Assembly: GCA_007128625.1 (NCBI GenBank)
Contig: SKXC01000098.1
Coordinates: 1-51,802 of the forward strand
Direction: 5' to 3'
From: Syntrophomonadaceae bacterium
Lineage (GTDB): Bacteria > Bacillota > Dethiobacteria > DTU022
DNA: 51,802 nucleotides
The position numbers and the translations under genes are program-made. The notes under the pieces are model-generated. The model had not been told where the DNA came from. It ran no database searches and saw nothing but the letters and a program-made list of their open reading frames with translations. Below, piece by piece: positions 37,630 through 46,775 of the stretch. The stretch's first letter is position 1, and the number at the start of each line of letters is the position of its first letter.

Positions 37630-39375
37630 TTACTGGATTGGCTTTGAGCGTTCGTCTTGACCGGCTTCTTTAATAAAGCTTATTGTTTTATCTATGTAGC
37701 AAAGGTATTCGCTAATTTCAGCAGCCTTATGTTTTTTACTCCATCCATAATAACATGACATTATTTCTGCTACAGCTTCAGCAAGCTGAGGCTGTTTGTA
37801 GTGCCAAATCATCCACTGCGCTTCTGTTCGGCGACAGAGGATATCCATTAATCTTGGAGCACTTTCATACTTGAGAAGGTAGGATATTTCAGCCTCGCAA
37901 TGAGGGTAGCCTTCCAGAAGCTGTTTTCCTTTCTCCGGGTATTGATTTATCTCTTTTAGAATTTCTATTCCTCCCTTTCCAAATTGCTGATGAAGGTATT
38001 CTATAAGGCTTGGATGGGCTGATTCATTCAAGCCTAATTCTTCAACTGTTTTTTCAAACTCCTTTCTGCTCAGGCCGACTTTGAAAGGTTTTTTGGAATA
38101 GCCCCTTTTATTGAATTCCTTTTTTTCAAAATGGTCCAGGTAATTGTTGTTAACCAGGTAAAATATCAGATCTTCTGCCATAAGCCGGTGGGTGGTTGAT
38201 TTGCCCCCGGCTATAGCTACTATGCCATCTTGAGTTTTAAAAATTTCATGTTTACGCGAGACATCTGATTCATGCGCAGATCCTTCTTTTCGAATCAAAG
38301 GCCTGATTCCGGCAAAAGTACTGATAACATCATTATAAGAGAGCATGGCCCCGGGAAATATTTTATTAACTGTACGCAGCAGATAATCACAATCTTCTTT
38401 ATTACACCATGGTTCATCCAGGTTTCTCGATTCCGGGAAATAGGCAGTATCGGTAGTTCCGATAAAAGAAACATTGCTTCTGCGCAGAACAAAGAAAAAC
38501 CTTCCGTCGTCAATCGAACTAAGAGTAACAGCATTTCGGTTGCCGATTCGCTCATTGGGAACTACTACATGCACGCCTTTTGTCGGATAAATCCTTGATT
38601 GGTCATATTTGGCAAAAGAAAGCACTTCATCTGTCCAGATCCCTGCTGCCGAGACGACACATTTAGCTTTTATTGTAAAAGTGTTTTCGCTAAATATATC
38701 TTTTACCAGCACACCCCGGACCTTGTTTGAAGAATCATATACATATCCGTCCACCCGGGCATAGTTAAGCGCAACAGATTGTCCAGCTGAGTAATCCAGA
38801 CTTTCTTTTATCGTTTCCAGGGTTACACGGGCATCATCACAGTTGGTATCATAATATAAACCGGCCAGGATCATTTTTCCCAGGTCAGGGTCTTCGGTAG
38901 CTATCTCCGGTTCAATTTCTTTAATGTAATCTGCTTTAAATATCTTTGATTTCCGGTAATTTTTAAATTTATTAAACCAATCTGATATAATATCGTACAG
39001 TTTTACCCCTATGCAGACCATGTAAGGCCTGGCCCGGTAGTTTTCATAGGAAGGATAGACAAAGCCCAGGGGCCTGACCAGGTTTGGAATGTGTTTGCGC
39101 AGCCAGTTCCTTTCACTGGTTGATTCCCGGACCAGGCTAAATTCACCCCTGGTGAGGTATCTCATTCCGCCATGAAATAGTTTTGATGATCTTGAGGAAG
39201 TGCCGAAAGCAAAATCGTTTTTATCGAGCAGGCAGAAAGAAAGTCCACGCAGTGTACACTCCCTGGCGATACCTGCACCGGTAATACCTCCGCCGATTAT
39301 AACCAGGTCGAATTCTTTGCTTCTGGAGACCTTTATATCTTCACTACGGGTATAAGGATTCCATAACCTTGGCAT
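37630..39375 (-). CDS. glpD: FAD-dependent glycerol-3-phosphate dehydrogenase/oxidase (GlpD/GlpO family)
   Basis: 581 aa. DLVIIGGGITGAGIARE dinucleotide fold, GTSSRSSKLFHGGMRYL, and a C-terminal helical domain. Confidence 0.8.
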   Translation of the reverse strand: MPRLWNPYTRSEDIKVSRSKEFDLVIIGGGITGAGIARECTLRGLSFCLLDKNDFAFGTSSRSSKLFHGGMRYLTRGEFSLVRESTSERNWLRKHIPNLVRPLGFVYPSYENYRARPYMVCIGVKLYDIISDWFNKFKNYRKSKIFKADYIKEIEPEIATEDPDLGKMILAGLYYDTNCDDARVTLETIKESLDYSAGQSVALNYARVDGYVYDSSNKVRGVLVKDIFSENTFTIKAKCVVSAAGIWTDEVLSFAKYDQSRIYPTKGVHVVVPNERIGNRNAVTLSSIDDGRFFFVLRRSNVSFIGTTDTAYFPESRNLDEPWCNKEDCDYLLRTVNKIFPGAMLSYNDVISTFAGIRPLIRKEGSAHESDVSRKHEIFKTQDGIVAIAGGKSTTHRLMAEDLIFYLVNNNYLDHFEKKEFNKRGYSKKPFKVGLSRKEFEKTVEELGLNESAHPSLIEYLHQQFGKGGIEILKEINQYPEKGKQLLEGYPHCEAEISYLLKYESAPRLMDILCRRTEAQWMIWHYKQPQLAEAVAEIMSCYYGWSKKHKAAEISEYLCYIDKTISFIKEAGQDERSKPIQ

Positions 39376-39666
39376 TTTATCACCTTTAAAAAAAGTAGAT
39401 TTAAATCATAGTCAATGGCCATCTTATTAGAAATGGCTTTCTTATTAATTATTCTATATAATAAGGTTTAATCCTGTTATCTTTATTATTGAAGTAAAGC
39501 GAGGTTAAAGATCATTTCATCGCTTGTTGATTTAAAAAAAGCAAAGTCCGTTTTAAAAAAAATATTTGCCGGTATTATAATTTTACTGGCTGCTGCAGCA
39601 ATCGGTTTTTGGCTTTATGTTAAAATACAGACTTACCCTGCAGATGAGCTATACCTGGCAAATATT

Positions 39667-40266
39667 ATGAATGTCGATAACCTGAACATAATTGAAGAAA
39701 ACAACCTGTTAATTATTACGCCAGGTCGTATTGATCCAGGTCATATACCGATTATCTATTATCCAGGCGGCTTAGTGTCTCCGGAAGCATATCTCTATAA
39801 AATGGGTCATGTAGCGCTACGTTTACAGACAACAGTTTACATTATTAAAGCCCCCTTCAATGCAGCTATTTTTAATGTCTCTGCAGCGGGAAGAGTGATC
39901 GAAGACTATGGTTTGCAAGAGGCCTGGGTTGGCGGGCACTCCCTGGGTGGGATTTCTGCCTGCCGATTTGCTGCCGGCAATTCTGAAAAAGTATACGGCT
40001 TATTCCTTTATGGTTCTTATTGCGATCAATCAATTAAAAATTTTGAAGGACCTGTAATTTCGGTGATGGGAATAAATGACCAAATAATTAATTGGGATAA
40101 TTACCGGAAAGCACAGGAAAACCTGCCACCGGATAAGATTATTCTGGAGATAGATGGATTGAATCATTCTGCTTTTGGCAATTATGGCTTACAAGATGGT
40201 GACGGCAAGAGCACTTTGAGTAACGAGGAAGTTGTTGAGATTATTGCTGCTGTTTTCGAAGAATAG
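39667..40266 (+). CDS. alpha/beta hydrolase; the true start is probably upstream (see finding)
   Basis: Nucleophile elbow GHSLGG and later D/H (INDQ..., NHSAFG). The ATG at 39667 has no RBS, and the frame is open upstream to 39493 and encodes a TM anchor. Confidence 0.6.
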   Translation: MNVDNLNIIEENNLLIITPGRIDPGHIPIIYYPGGLVSPEAYLYKMGHVALRLQTTVYIIKAPFNAAIFNVSAAGRVIEDYGLQEAWVGGHSLGGISACRFAAGNSEKVYGLFLYGSYCDQSIKNFEGPVISVMGINDQIINWDNYRKAQENLPPDKIILEIDGLNHSAFGNYGLQDGDGKSTLSNEEVVEIIAAVFEE

Positions 40267-40345
40267 CGAAACACGGTGATAGCAGTAGCAATAGAGGATA
40301 GTATATAATTATTAAAATACCTTAATTAAAGAGGAGGGCATTTTC

Positions 40346-41437
40346 ATGAATACCGTGGAAAAAGCTTTAATGCATGGTCTTTTTGTCCACCTGCACCATA
40401 ATATTGATCAAGCTATAGATTTTAAGATGTTCCAGCAACTAAATCAGATGGTCGAAAAGGTTTCGCCTGGAGCCCTATTGATTGGGCCAGAGGCTAACGA
40501 TGATGCAGCTGTATTTAGCATGCCCGGTGATGATGGCCTGTTTGTGGCCAAGATGGAGAGCCATTGTTCTCCTTGTGTGCCGAGGCCTTATGCCAGTGCA
40601 GCTACCGGGGCGGGGGGAGCGATGCGGGATGTTGTAGCCATGGGTGCTCGTCCATTGTTTTTACTTGATTTTATCGGAACCAGGCCGTTAAAGGAAGAAG
40701 TAATAGTCGGACCATGTGGATTTAAGGGGGAATGCACCTGCGGCAGCTGTAAAACAATGACCAGTGGTGATAGAATAAACCTGATGGTTAAAGGAATCCG
40801 CGATATGTGTGAGACTATGGGGGTTTTTGTTGTCGGAGGCGGTTTTTCCACATCTTTCAGCGACATTGTTCCTGCTGTAGTAGTGGCGGTAATTGGCCGG
40901 ATGGTTGTCGAAAAGCCGCTTACCAAACCGGCCAAGAAAGCAGGAGATCGCCTGATTATACTTGGTAACACCAGTAATGATGGCAACGATACCCTATACA
41001 GGGCTGGATTAGTAAAAAGTATGCTTCCGGCTGAAGCGCTTTTTAGTGAGGAAAAAAATACAATGGAAGCGGCACTAGCTGCGATTAAAACCGGTAAAAT
41101 AAATGCCTGTTCCGACCTTGGTGCTGCAGGCCTTGGAGCTGCAGTTAGTGAGTCGGTTAGATTTGGTAGACTGGGAGCAAAAGTAGATCTGGCTTTAGTA
41201 CCAGTCAAGACAAAAGGTCTTTCACCGGAAGAAATATTGATATGTGAGACCCAGGCCCGGATGTTATTCCAGGTAGATCCGCATGATGTTGCTGAAGTGA
41301 TGGATGCGGCAAACTCAAATGGAGTTGCGGTTGCTGAAATTGGAGAAATAACAGCTGGTAAAGAAGCAGTTTTTGTATACGAAGAAAAAGAAGTAGCTCG
41401 CATTCCCCACCAAGCCCCCAAAGAACTAACAGAATAA
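40346..41437 (+). CDS. AIR-synthase-related (PurM/PurL superfamily) protein of unknown function
   Basis: 363 aa. DDAAVF, KMESHCSPCVPRPYASAATGAGGAMRDVVAMGARPLF (PurL-like block) and one N+C PurM-type domain pair. AGGAGG RBS. Confidence 0.7.
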   Translation: MNTVEKALMHGLFVHLHHNIDQAIDFKMFQQLNQMVEKVSPGALLIGPEANDDAAVFSMPGDDGLFVAKMESHCSPCVPRPYASAATGAGGAMRDVVAMGARPLFLLDFIGTRPLKEEVIVGPCGFKGECTCGSCKTMTSGDRINLMVKGIRDMCETMGVFVVGGGFSTSFSDIVPAVVVAVIGRMVVEKPLTKPAKKAGDRLIILGNTSNDGNDTLYRAGLVKSMLPAEALFSEEKNTMEAALAAIKTGKINACSDLGAAGLGAAVSESVRFGRLGAKVDLALVPVKTKGLSPEEILICETQARMLFQVDPHDVAEVMDAANSNGVAVAEIGEITAGKEAVFVYEEKEVARIPHQAPKELTE

Positions 41438-41504
41438 ACCGGTAATATTAACTGGTTGACATTTGATTGTTTTGTACCCACAATATCTGTAAGGGGGTAA
41501 AATA

Positions 41505-42665
41505 ATGGAACTTTTAAATCGAGAGAATGTAGAGTTACTTTTAAAGCAAAAAGGCCGGGGACCCTGCATATCCCTTTATATGGCCACCCAAAAAGGTAGA
41601 GAAAAAGCTAAAGAAAATTCTATTCGTTTCAAAAATCTTTTAGCGCAGGCCGAAAACCAGCTGGAAGCTGAGGGCATTGATGCAAAGGAGCAAAAAAAAA
41701 TACTGGAACCGGCAAAAAAACTTACAGATGAGAGTTTGTTCTGGGCTAATCAGAGTAATGGTTTTGCTTACTTCATTTCTTCGACATACAATTGTTATTA
41801 CCGCTTGCCGATTGAGTTTGATGAACGATCTGTAGTGAAAGAATCATTTCATATCAAACCGCTTTTTTCACTGCTTGCCGTAGACGGACAATTTTATGTG
41901 CTTGCGCTCAGTCAGAAAGATGCCAGGCTGCTCAGGGGAACATGGGGATCAGTTGAAGAACTGGATTTAAGTAATCTGGTTGAAAAGTTTGAAGATAAAT
42001 TTGGTGATGAACTGCCAGAGAATCAACTGCAGTTTCATACCAGGGCTCCTGCTTCAGGTGATGTTAGAACAGCCGTTTTTTATGGGCACGGGGGAGAAAT
42101 TGATAATATTCAAAAAGAAAGGCTCTTAAAATATTTTCGTTTCATAGACCGTGAATTGTATGAAATGCTTGACGATAAGAACTCACCTCTCCTTCTGGCC
42201 TGTGTTGATTATCTTTTTCCGCTTTACCGGGATATTAGTAAGTATCCCCTTCTCTTTGAAGCGGGTATCAAAGGGAATCCGGAAAATATTAGTGCCCGGG
42301 AACTGCACAGTAAAGCATTGGAACTTGTAAAACCATATTTTCAGGAAAAACAGGAAGAAGCAAAGGCTCAATACAGGGAATTGGCAGGAACGGGCAAAAC
42401 TTCTAATAGTGTTGCTGAAATAGTCCCGGCATCGTTTCATGGCCGGGTGAACGATCTTTTTGTTACAGCAGGGATCCAACAGTGGGGTTCTTACAATCCG
42501 GTTAATGAAGAAGTTAAGCTTTTAGAAGAATCTGCAGCGGCAGGCAGTGAAGATTTAGCTGATCTGGCGGTAACAGAAACATTTCGAAACAACGGGAACA
42601 TATACGTTTTAAAAAAAGAACAGATGCCGGATACAAGTTCTCTTTCAGCTGTATTTCGTTGGTAA
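41505..42665 (+). CDS. bacterial archaeo-eukaryotic release factor-like (baeRF / eRF1-Vms1 superfamily) protein
   Basis: 386 aa. The pattern PCISLYMAT ... IRFKNLL ... GFAYF ... FHIKPLFSLL ... FYVLALSQKDARLLRG ... FYGHGGE ... LLKYFRFIDREL matches my recollection of baeRF families. GGGGGT RBS. Confidence 0.55.
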   Translation: MELLNRENVELLLKQKGRGPCISLYMATQKGREKAKENSIRFKNLLAQAENQLEAEGIDAKEQKKILEPAKKLTDESLFWANQSNGFAYFISSTYNCYYRLPIEFDERSVVKESFHIKPLFSLLAVDGQFYVLALSQKDARLLRGTWGSVEELDLSNLVEKFEDKFGDELPENQLQFHTRAPASGDVRTAVFYGHGGEIDNIQKERLLKYFRFIDRELYEMLDDKNSPLLLACVDYLFPLYRDISKYPLLFEAGIKGNPENISARELHSKALELVKPYFQEKQEEAKAQYRELAGTGKTSNSVAEIVPASFHGRVNDLFVTAGIQQWGSYNPVNEEVKLLEESAAAGSEDLADLAVTETFRNNGNIYVLKKEQMPDTSSLSAVFRW

Positions 42666-42902
42666 CAGTTAAGGTAAAGAGCAGGCAGGATTGGACATTT
42701 GGACTGAAGTATAAAATGATAGAAAAATACTTTGTTAATCATTATGTTAATACAGGTAAATAATTGTAGGCCTGAGGAATAGTAATTGATTGTTTTAATT
42801 TTATTTTTTTGAAGGAATTAATAAGGCTGATCAAGAAGGGGTGACTATTAATAAGCAGATCCGATAAAAGATCTAAGCTACCTACAGGAGGTTTTTGTTT
42901 TA

Positions 42903-43247
42903 ATGAGTGTTTTTGAAAAGGCAAAAGAGTTAGGAAACGAAATTCGTCAAACAGAAGAGTATCAAGAATTAGAAAGGACCAGCCAAAATGTCCAGGAAAA
43001 TACCGAAGCAAATCAAATGATTAAGGAAATCCAGGAACTCCAGCAGCAGATCCAGTTTGCTCAACAGTCGGGGGTTCAACCCAGCCAGGAACAGGTTCAG
43101 CAGTTTAATGATATGAAAGCTAAAATGGATGCCAACTTGACCATCCAGGCTTATGCTAAAGCCCAGGAATCTTTTAACCAACTAATGCAGAATGTTAACA
43201 GTTCCATCAGTGAAGGAATTAAACCTGAAGGCGAAAGTGATCATTAG
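42903..43247 (+). CDS. YlbF/YmcA-family (UPF0342) protein
   Basis: 114 aa helical, Q/E-rich protein. The N-terminus MSVFEKAKELGNEIRQTEEYQEL is typical of the family. AGGAGG RBS. Confidence 0.65.
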   Translation: MSVFEKAKELGNEIRQTEEYQELERTSQNVQENTEANQMIKEIQELQQQIQFAQQSGVQPSQEQVQQFNDMKAKMDANLTIQAYAKAQESFNQLMQNVNSSISEGIKPEGESDH

Positions 43248-43737
43248 CTCTAAACATGATATATGGTTTTTATAACCGGTAGTTTACTTTCTTTTTTTAC
43301 TGTGCTTCAAAAAATAATAAAAGTGCATGTGAAATTAAAAAACTGCCCAGCATTCTAATCCTGCCCGGTTTCGCTTAAATCATTGAAGTTTCAGGAGAAG
43401 CCCGGTGGGAAACTTGTCCACCAGCACTGCTTCTTCGGTTTCTGTGCTAATATCTGCACCAGGTCGTCGAATTGCTGCAAGCCGGTAAAACCGGCACAGT
43501 GCGGTTTGTTATAATGCCCCGGATATCTTTTATCTCCTATAAATACTGTTATATCCATCGTATAACCCACAGTATGATCATAGGTTAAATCGGTAGTTTA
43601 TATCATAACGAAGGCAAGGACCTTATTATTGATTTCGGCCCGCCGCAGGGTATTGGAGACAAGCAAGAATTAAACCTTCCATATGGACATTAAAAGCATC
43701 CAAAAACTCCGATAAACTCCAATTATGAAAATTTTCT

Positions 43738-43767
43738 TTGACAAATAGACCTGCTATCAGTTATATT
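43738..43767 (+). promoter_or_regulatory. putative sigma-A promoter for the glutamate dehydrogenase gene
   Basis: TTGACA (43738-43743), an 18-nt spacer, then TATATT (43762-43767), about 70 nt upstream of the start. Confidence 0.45.
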
Positions 43768-43834
43768 AATAGGAACTTTTTATTAACAATTAACAATTAT
43801 CGTTCTTATTATGCTTTAGAAGGAGTGGGTGGAG

Positions 43835-45115
43835 ATGTCCGGACTGGAGCTGACCGGTAAACTGGATTTAAAAAAGGAAAATCCTTTTACAAATATGCAA
43901 AAACAGTGTGATATCTGTGCAGCTCTTCTCAACCTGCCCGATGATATTCACGAGATAATTAGAAACCCAATGCGGGAGATACATGTATCAATACCGGTGC
44001 GGATGGATGATAAGACCATGAAAGTCTATAAAGGTTTTCGGGTTCAGTATAATGATGTTTTAGGCCCGACAAAGGGAGGCATCCGCTTCCATCCGGAGGA
44101 GACAATAGATACGATCAGGGCTCTTGCCGGGTGGATGACCTGGAAATGTTCTTTGCTCGAGCTGCCCCTGGGAGGGGCCAAGGGAGGAATCATCTGCAAC
44201 CCCAGGGAGATGTCAGCAGGCGAACTGGAGCGATTAAGCAGGGGTTATGTTGATAAAATATGGCAATTAATTGGACCGGACAAAGATATTCCTGCGCCTG
44301 ATGTCTATACCAATGCCCAGATTATGACCTGGATGATGGACGAGTACTCGAAAATTACCGGGAAAAACCAGTTCGGTGTTATAACCGGTAAGCCTTTGGC
44401 CGTTGGCGGTTCAGTAGGCAGGGATATCGCCACTGCCAGGGGAGGTCTTTATGTAATTGAAGAAGCCGCCCGTACTTACAATATGGATTTAAGAAAATCG
44501 ACCCTGGCCATACAAGGTTATGGTAATGTCGGTTTTAACCTGGCCTACCTGGCTGATGACATATTCGGTAGTACGATTGTTGCTCTGACCGATCAAAGCG
44601 GCGGGATATATAATAAAAAAGGTCTTAATCCCCTGGAAGTTTTCAAGCATAAGAAAAAAACAGGTTCAGTAGCTGACTTTCCGGACAGTGAGCCTATTTC
44701 AAACGGCGACCTTTTTAGTATCGATGCCGACATTTTGTGTCCCAGTGCCCTGGAAAATGTGATTACAGGTGATAATGCCAGTTCCATAAAAGCGCGTGTA
44801 GTAGCAGAACTGGCCAATGGGCCCACCACACCGGAAGCCGATGATATTCTTTTTGAGAAGGGTATTCAGGTTTTACCGGATTTTTTGTGCAATGCAGGCG
44901 GAGTAACAGTTTCCTACCTGGAAATGGTCCAGAATTTTAGTATGTATTACTGGGATGAAGCAGAAGTTTTTGAAAAATTAAAGAAAAAGATGGTTACCGC
45001 CTATCATTCCGTTCTTAATTCTTCAGAAAAGCATAAAGTCAATATGCGCAAGGCTGCTTACATTGTTGCCATTAGAAGAATTGCTGAAACCATGCTTCTA
45101 CGCGGCTGGGTTTAA
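43835..45115 (+). CDS. gdhA: glutamate dehydrogenase (Glu/Leu/Phe/Val dehydrogenase family)
   Basis: GPTKGGIRFHP and PLGGAKGGI motifs plus a GYGNVG Rossmann motif. ATG 43835 has better spacing to GAAGGAG than GTG 43829. Confidence 0.9.
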   Translation: MSGLELTGKLDLKKENPFTNMQKQCDICAALLNLPDDIHEIIRNPMREIHVSIPVRMDDKTMKVYKGFRVQYNDVLGPTKGGIRFHPEETIDTIRALAGWMTWKCSLLELPLGGAKGGIICNPREMSAGELERLSRGYVDKIWQLIGPDKDIPAPDVYTNAQIMTWMMDEYSKITGKNQFGVITGKPLAVGGSVGRDIATARGGLYVIEEAARTYNMDLRKSTLAIQGYGNVGFNLAYLADDIFGSTIVALTDQSGGIYNKKGLNPLEVFKHKKKTGSVADFPDSEPISNGDLFSIDADILCPSALENVITGDNASSIKARVVAELANGPTTPEADDILFEKGIQVLPDFLCNAGGVTVSYLEMVQNFSMYYWDEAEVFEKLKKKMVTAYHSVLNSSEKHKVNMRKAAYIVAIRRIAETMLLRGWV

Positions 45116-45298
45116 AAGAACCTTTCATTCTACTTCCCGGCCCATTATAATTTGTACAAACCTATCGTATTTCCTTGTCCTTTTTTCCTGCATAATTGTT
45201 TCCTCTCAGCAGCAACTTGAAGTAAAATAAAGAATTAGAGATGCTTTAATCTTTATCCAGAGTTATGGTATTACAATTTTAATGGGAGGGTAACCCAA

Positions 45299-46261
45299 AT
45301 GAGCTATAGAATTGTGGAAAGAGTTTTTTCTGATGATGAAAATTTACCTACTGTTATGCTGGCCAACATCTATGGTACTCCCAGCATCCAGGAAAACTTG
45401 AAAAAGATGGAGCAAATTATTAACTTGGCCCATGAAAAAAAAGTTAATATCTTAATTTTCCCGGAGCTCACGATTTCAGGTTATGTATGGAAATCAAGTG
45501 ATATTGATGAAGTTAAAAATTTACTCGCTGAAAGTGAAAATAGGCGTATTGCATCCTGGTTGAAAAATGTAAAAGATAGTCTAACTGAAGGAAAAGAAGA
45601 GCTGGAATATATATTTTACGGCAATAGCCGTGAAAAAGACGGAAATTTCTACAATGCTACTTATATTTTAAACCCGGGTATAGATTACCAACAAGAGGAA
45701 TATATTTATGCCAAAGTTTTTCTTACCCCGATGGAAAAAACATACTTCAAGCAGGGAACGGATAAAAGATTGAGTATTGACACCAAGTGGGGCCGGTTCG
45801 GTTTTCTGATCTGTTATGACCTTTGTTTTGTTGAACTGGCCCGGCAGTATGCTTTTATCGATTGCGTGGATGCCATAGTTACGATTGCGGCCTGGCATTC
45901 TGAAGCTGTGCGGGAGTATTCTAAAATGAACGCCCGGACTGATCATTACTACGGTTTTCTTTGGAGTTTGATGAATGCTTCCAAGGCCGCATACAACCAG
46001 GTTTGGAGCCTGGGCACAAACTGGGTGGGACTCCATCAAAAAAGCGGTGAATACTTCTGGGGTGGAAGCGGTATCTGGGCCCCCTCAGGAATGCAGCTTT
46101 TACAGGCTTCAAACATTAACGAGGAACTGCTTATTGTCAGAAATATAGATATCAAAGGTCAGCGGGACAAGGAACAGGATGATTTTAATTACCGTATTGA
46201 TTTTCAGGATTTATACCGCCACATGAATCATCAGTCAGCATGTACCCATTACCCGGAATAA
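45299..46261 (+). CDS. carbon-nitrogen hydrolase (nitrilase superfamily) protein
   Basis: 320 aa. Catalytic Glu context ILIFPELTISGY and catalytic Cys context FLICYDLCF. Confidence 0.8.
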   Translation: MSYRIVERVFSDDENLPTVMLANIYGTPSIQENLKKMEQIINLAHEKKVNILIFPELTISGYVWKSSDIDEVKNLLAESENRRIASWLKNVKDSLTEGKEELEYIFYGNSREKDGNFYNATYILNPGIDYQQEEYIYAKVFLTPMEKTYFKQGTDKRLSIDTKWGRFGFLICYDLCFVELARQYAFIDCVDAIVTIAAWHSEAVREYSKMNARTDHYYGFLWSLMNASKAAYNQVWSLGTNWVGLHQKSGEYFWGGSGIWAPSGMQLLQASNINEELLIVRNIDIKGQRDKEQDDFNYRIDFQDLYRHMNHQSACTHYPE

Positions 46262-46345
46262 TTACTTTTTTGTTACATGCAGTTTATGAGAAATGCTATT
46301 TGGTGTTAAAATAATAGCAGTAATCTATTTTACTAAAGGTGAGTT

Positions 46346-46738
46346 ATGATCAAATTACTTTTACTTTTTACCCTTGTTCCCATTATTGAGATATGGCTGT
46401 TGATTGAAATTGGTGGAATTATCGGTTCTTTACCAACAATCCTGCTTATCGCTTTAACCGGATTTATTGGCGTTTTTTTAGCCAAATACCAGGGGCTTGC
46501 AGTTATTTACAGGATGCAAATGGATCTAGAAGCCGGAATCGTGCCATCGGAACAATTGTTTGATGGGGCCGGTATTTTGGTCGGGGGCGCTTTTCTTCTT
46601 ACTCCGGGCCTGCTCACAGATATTATAGGCTTCTCCCTGCTTTTACCCTTTACCAGGATATTTTATAAAGCATCAGCCCGAAAATATTTAAACCGCCACA
46701 TGGAAAAAGGAAATTTTCATGTCTGGTGGAACAGCTAA
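46346..46738 (+). CDS. fxsA: FxsA-family cytoplasmic membrane protein
   Basis: 130 aa. LVPIIEIWLLIEIGGIIG and LLTPGLLTD motifs. Confidence 0.8.
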   Translation: MIKLLLLFTLVPIIEIWLLIEIGGIIGSLPTILLIALTGFIGVFLAKYQGLAVIYRMQMDLEAGIVPSEQLFDGAGILVGGAFLLTPGLLTDIIGFSLLLPFTRIFYKASARKYLNRHMEKGNFHVWWNS

Positions 46739-46775
46739 AATAGTTTTAGCATGAGATATCAAGGAGAGAAGTTCA

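Noticed and set aside
40588-41481. A 297-aa ORF antisense to the PurL-like gene
   Set aside because: Its composition is low-complexity and A/S/T/P-rich, typical of the shadow frame of a Gly/Ala-rich gene. It has no RBS and no recognisable motifs, and the sense-strand gene carries clear family motifs.
42491-43011. Two minus-strand ORFs (83 and 89 aa) spanning the baeRF-ylbF spacer
   Set aside because: They overlap the ends of well-supported plus-strand genes, lack RBS signals and have low-complexity composition.
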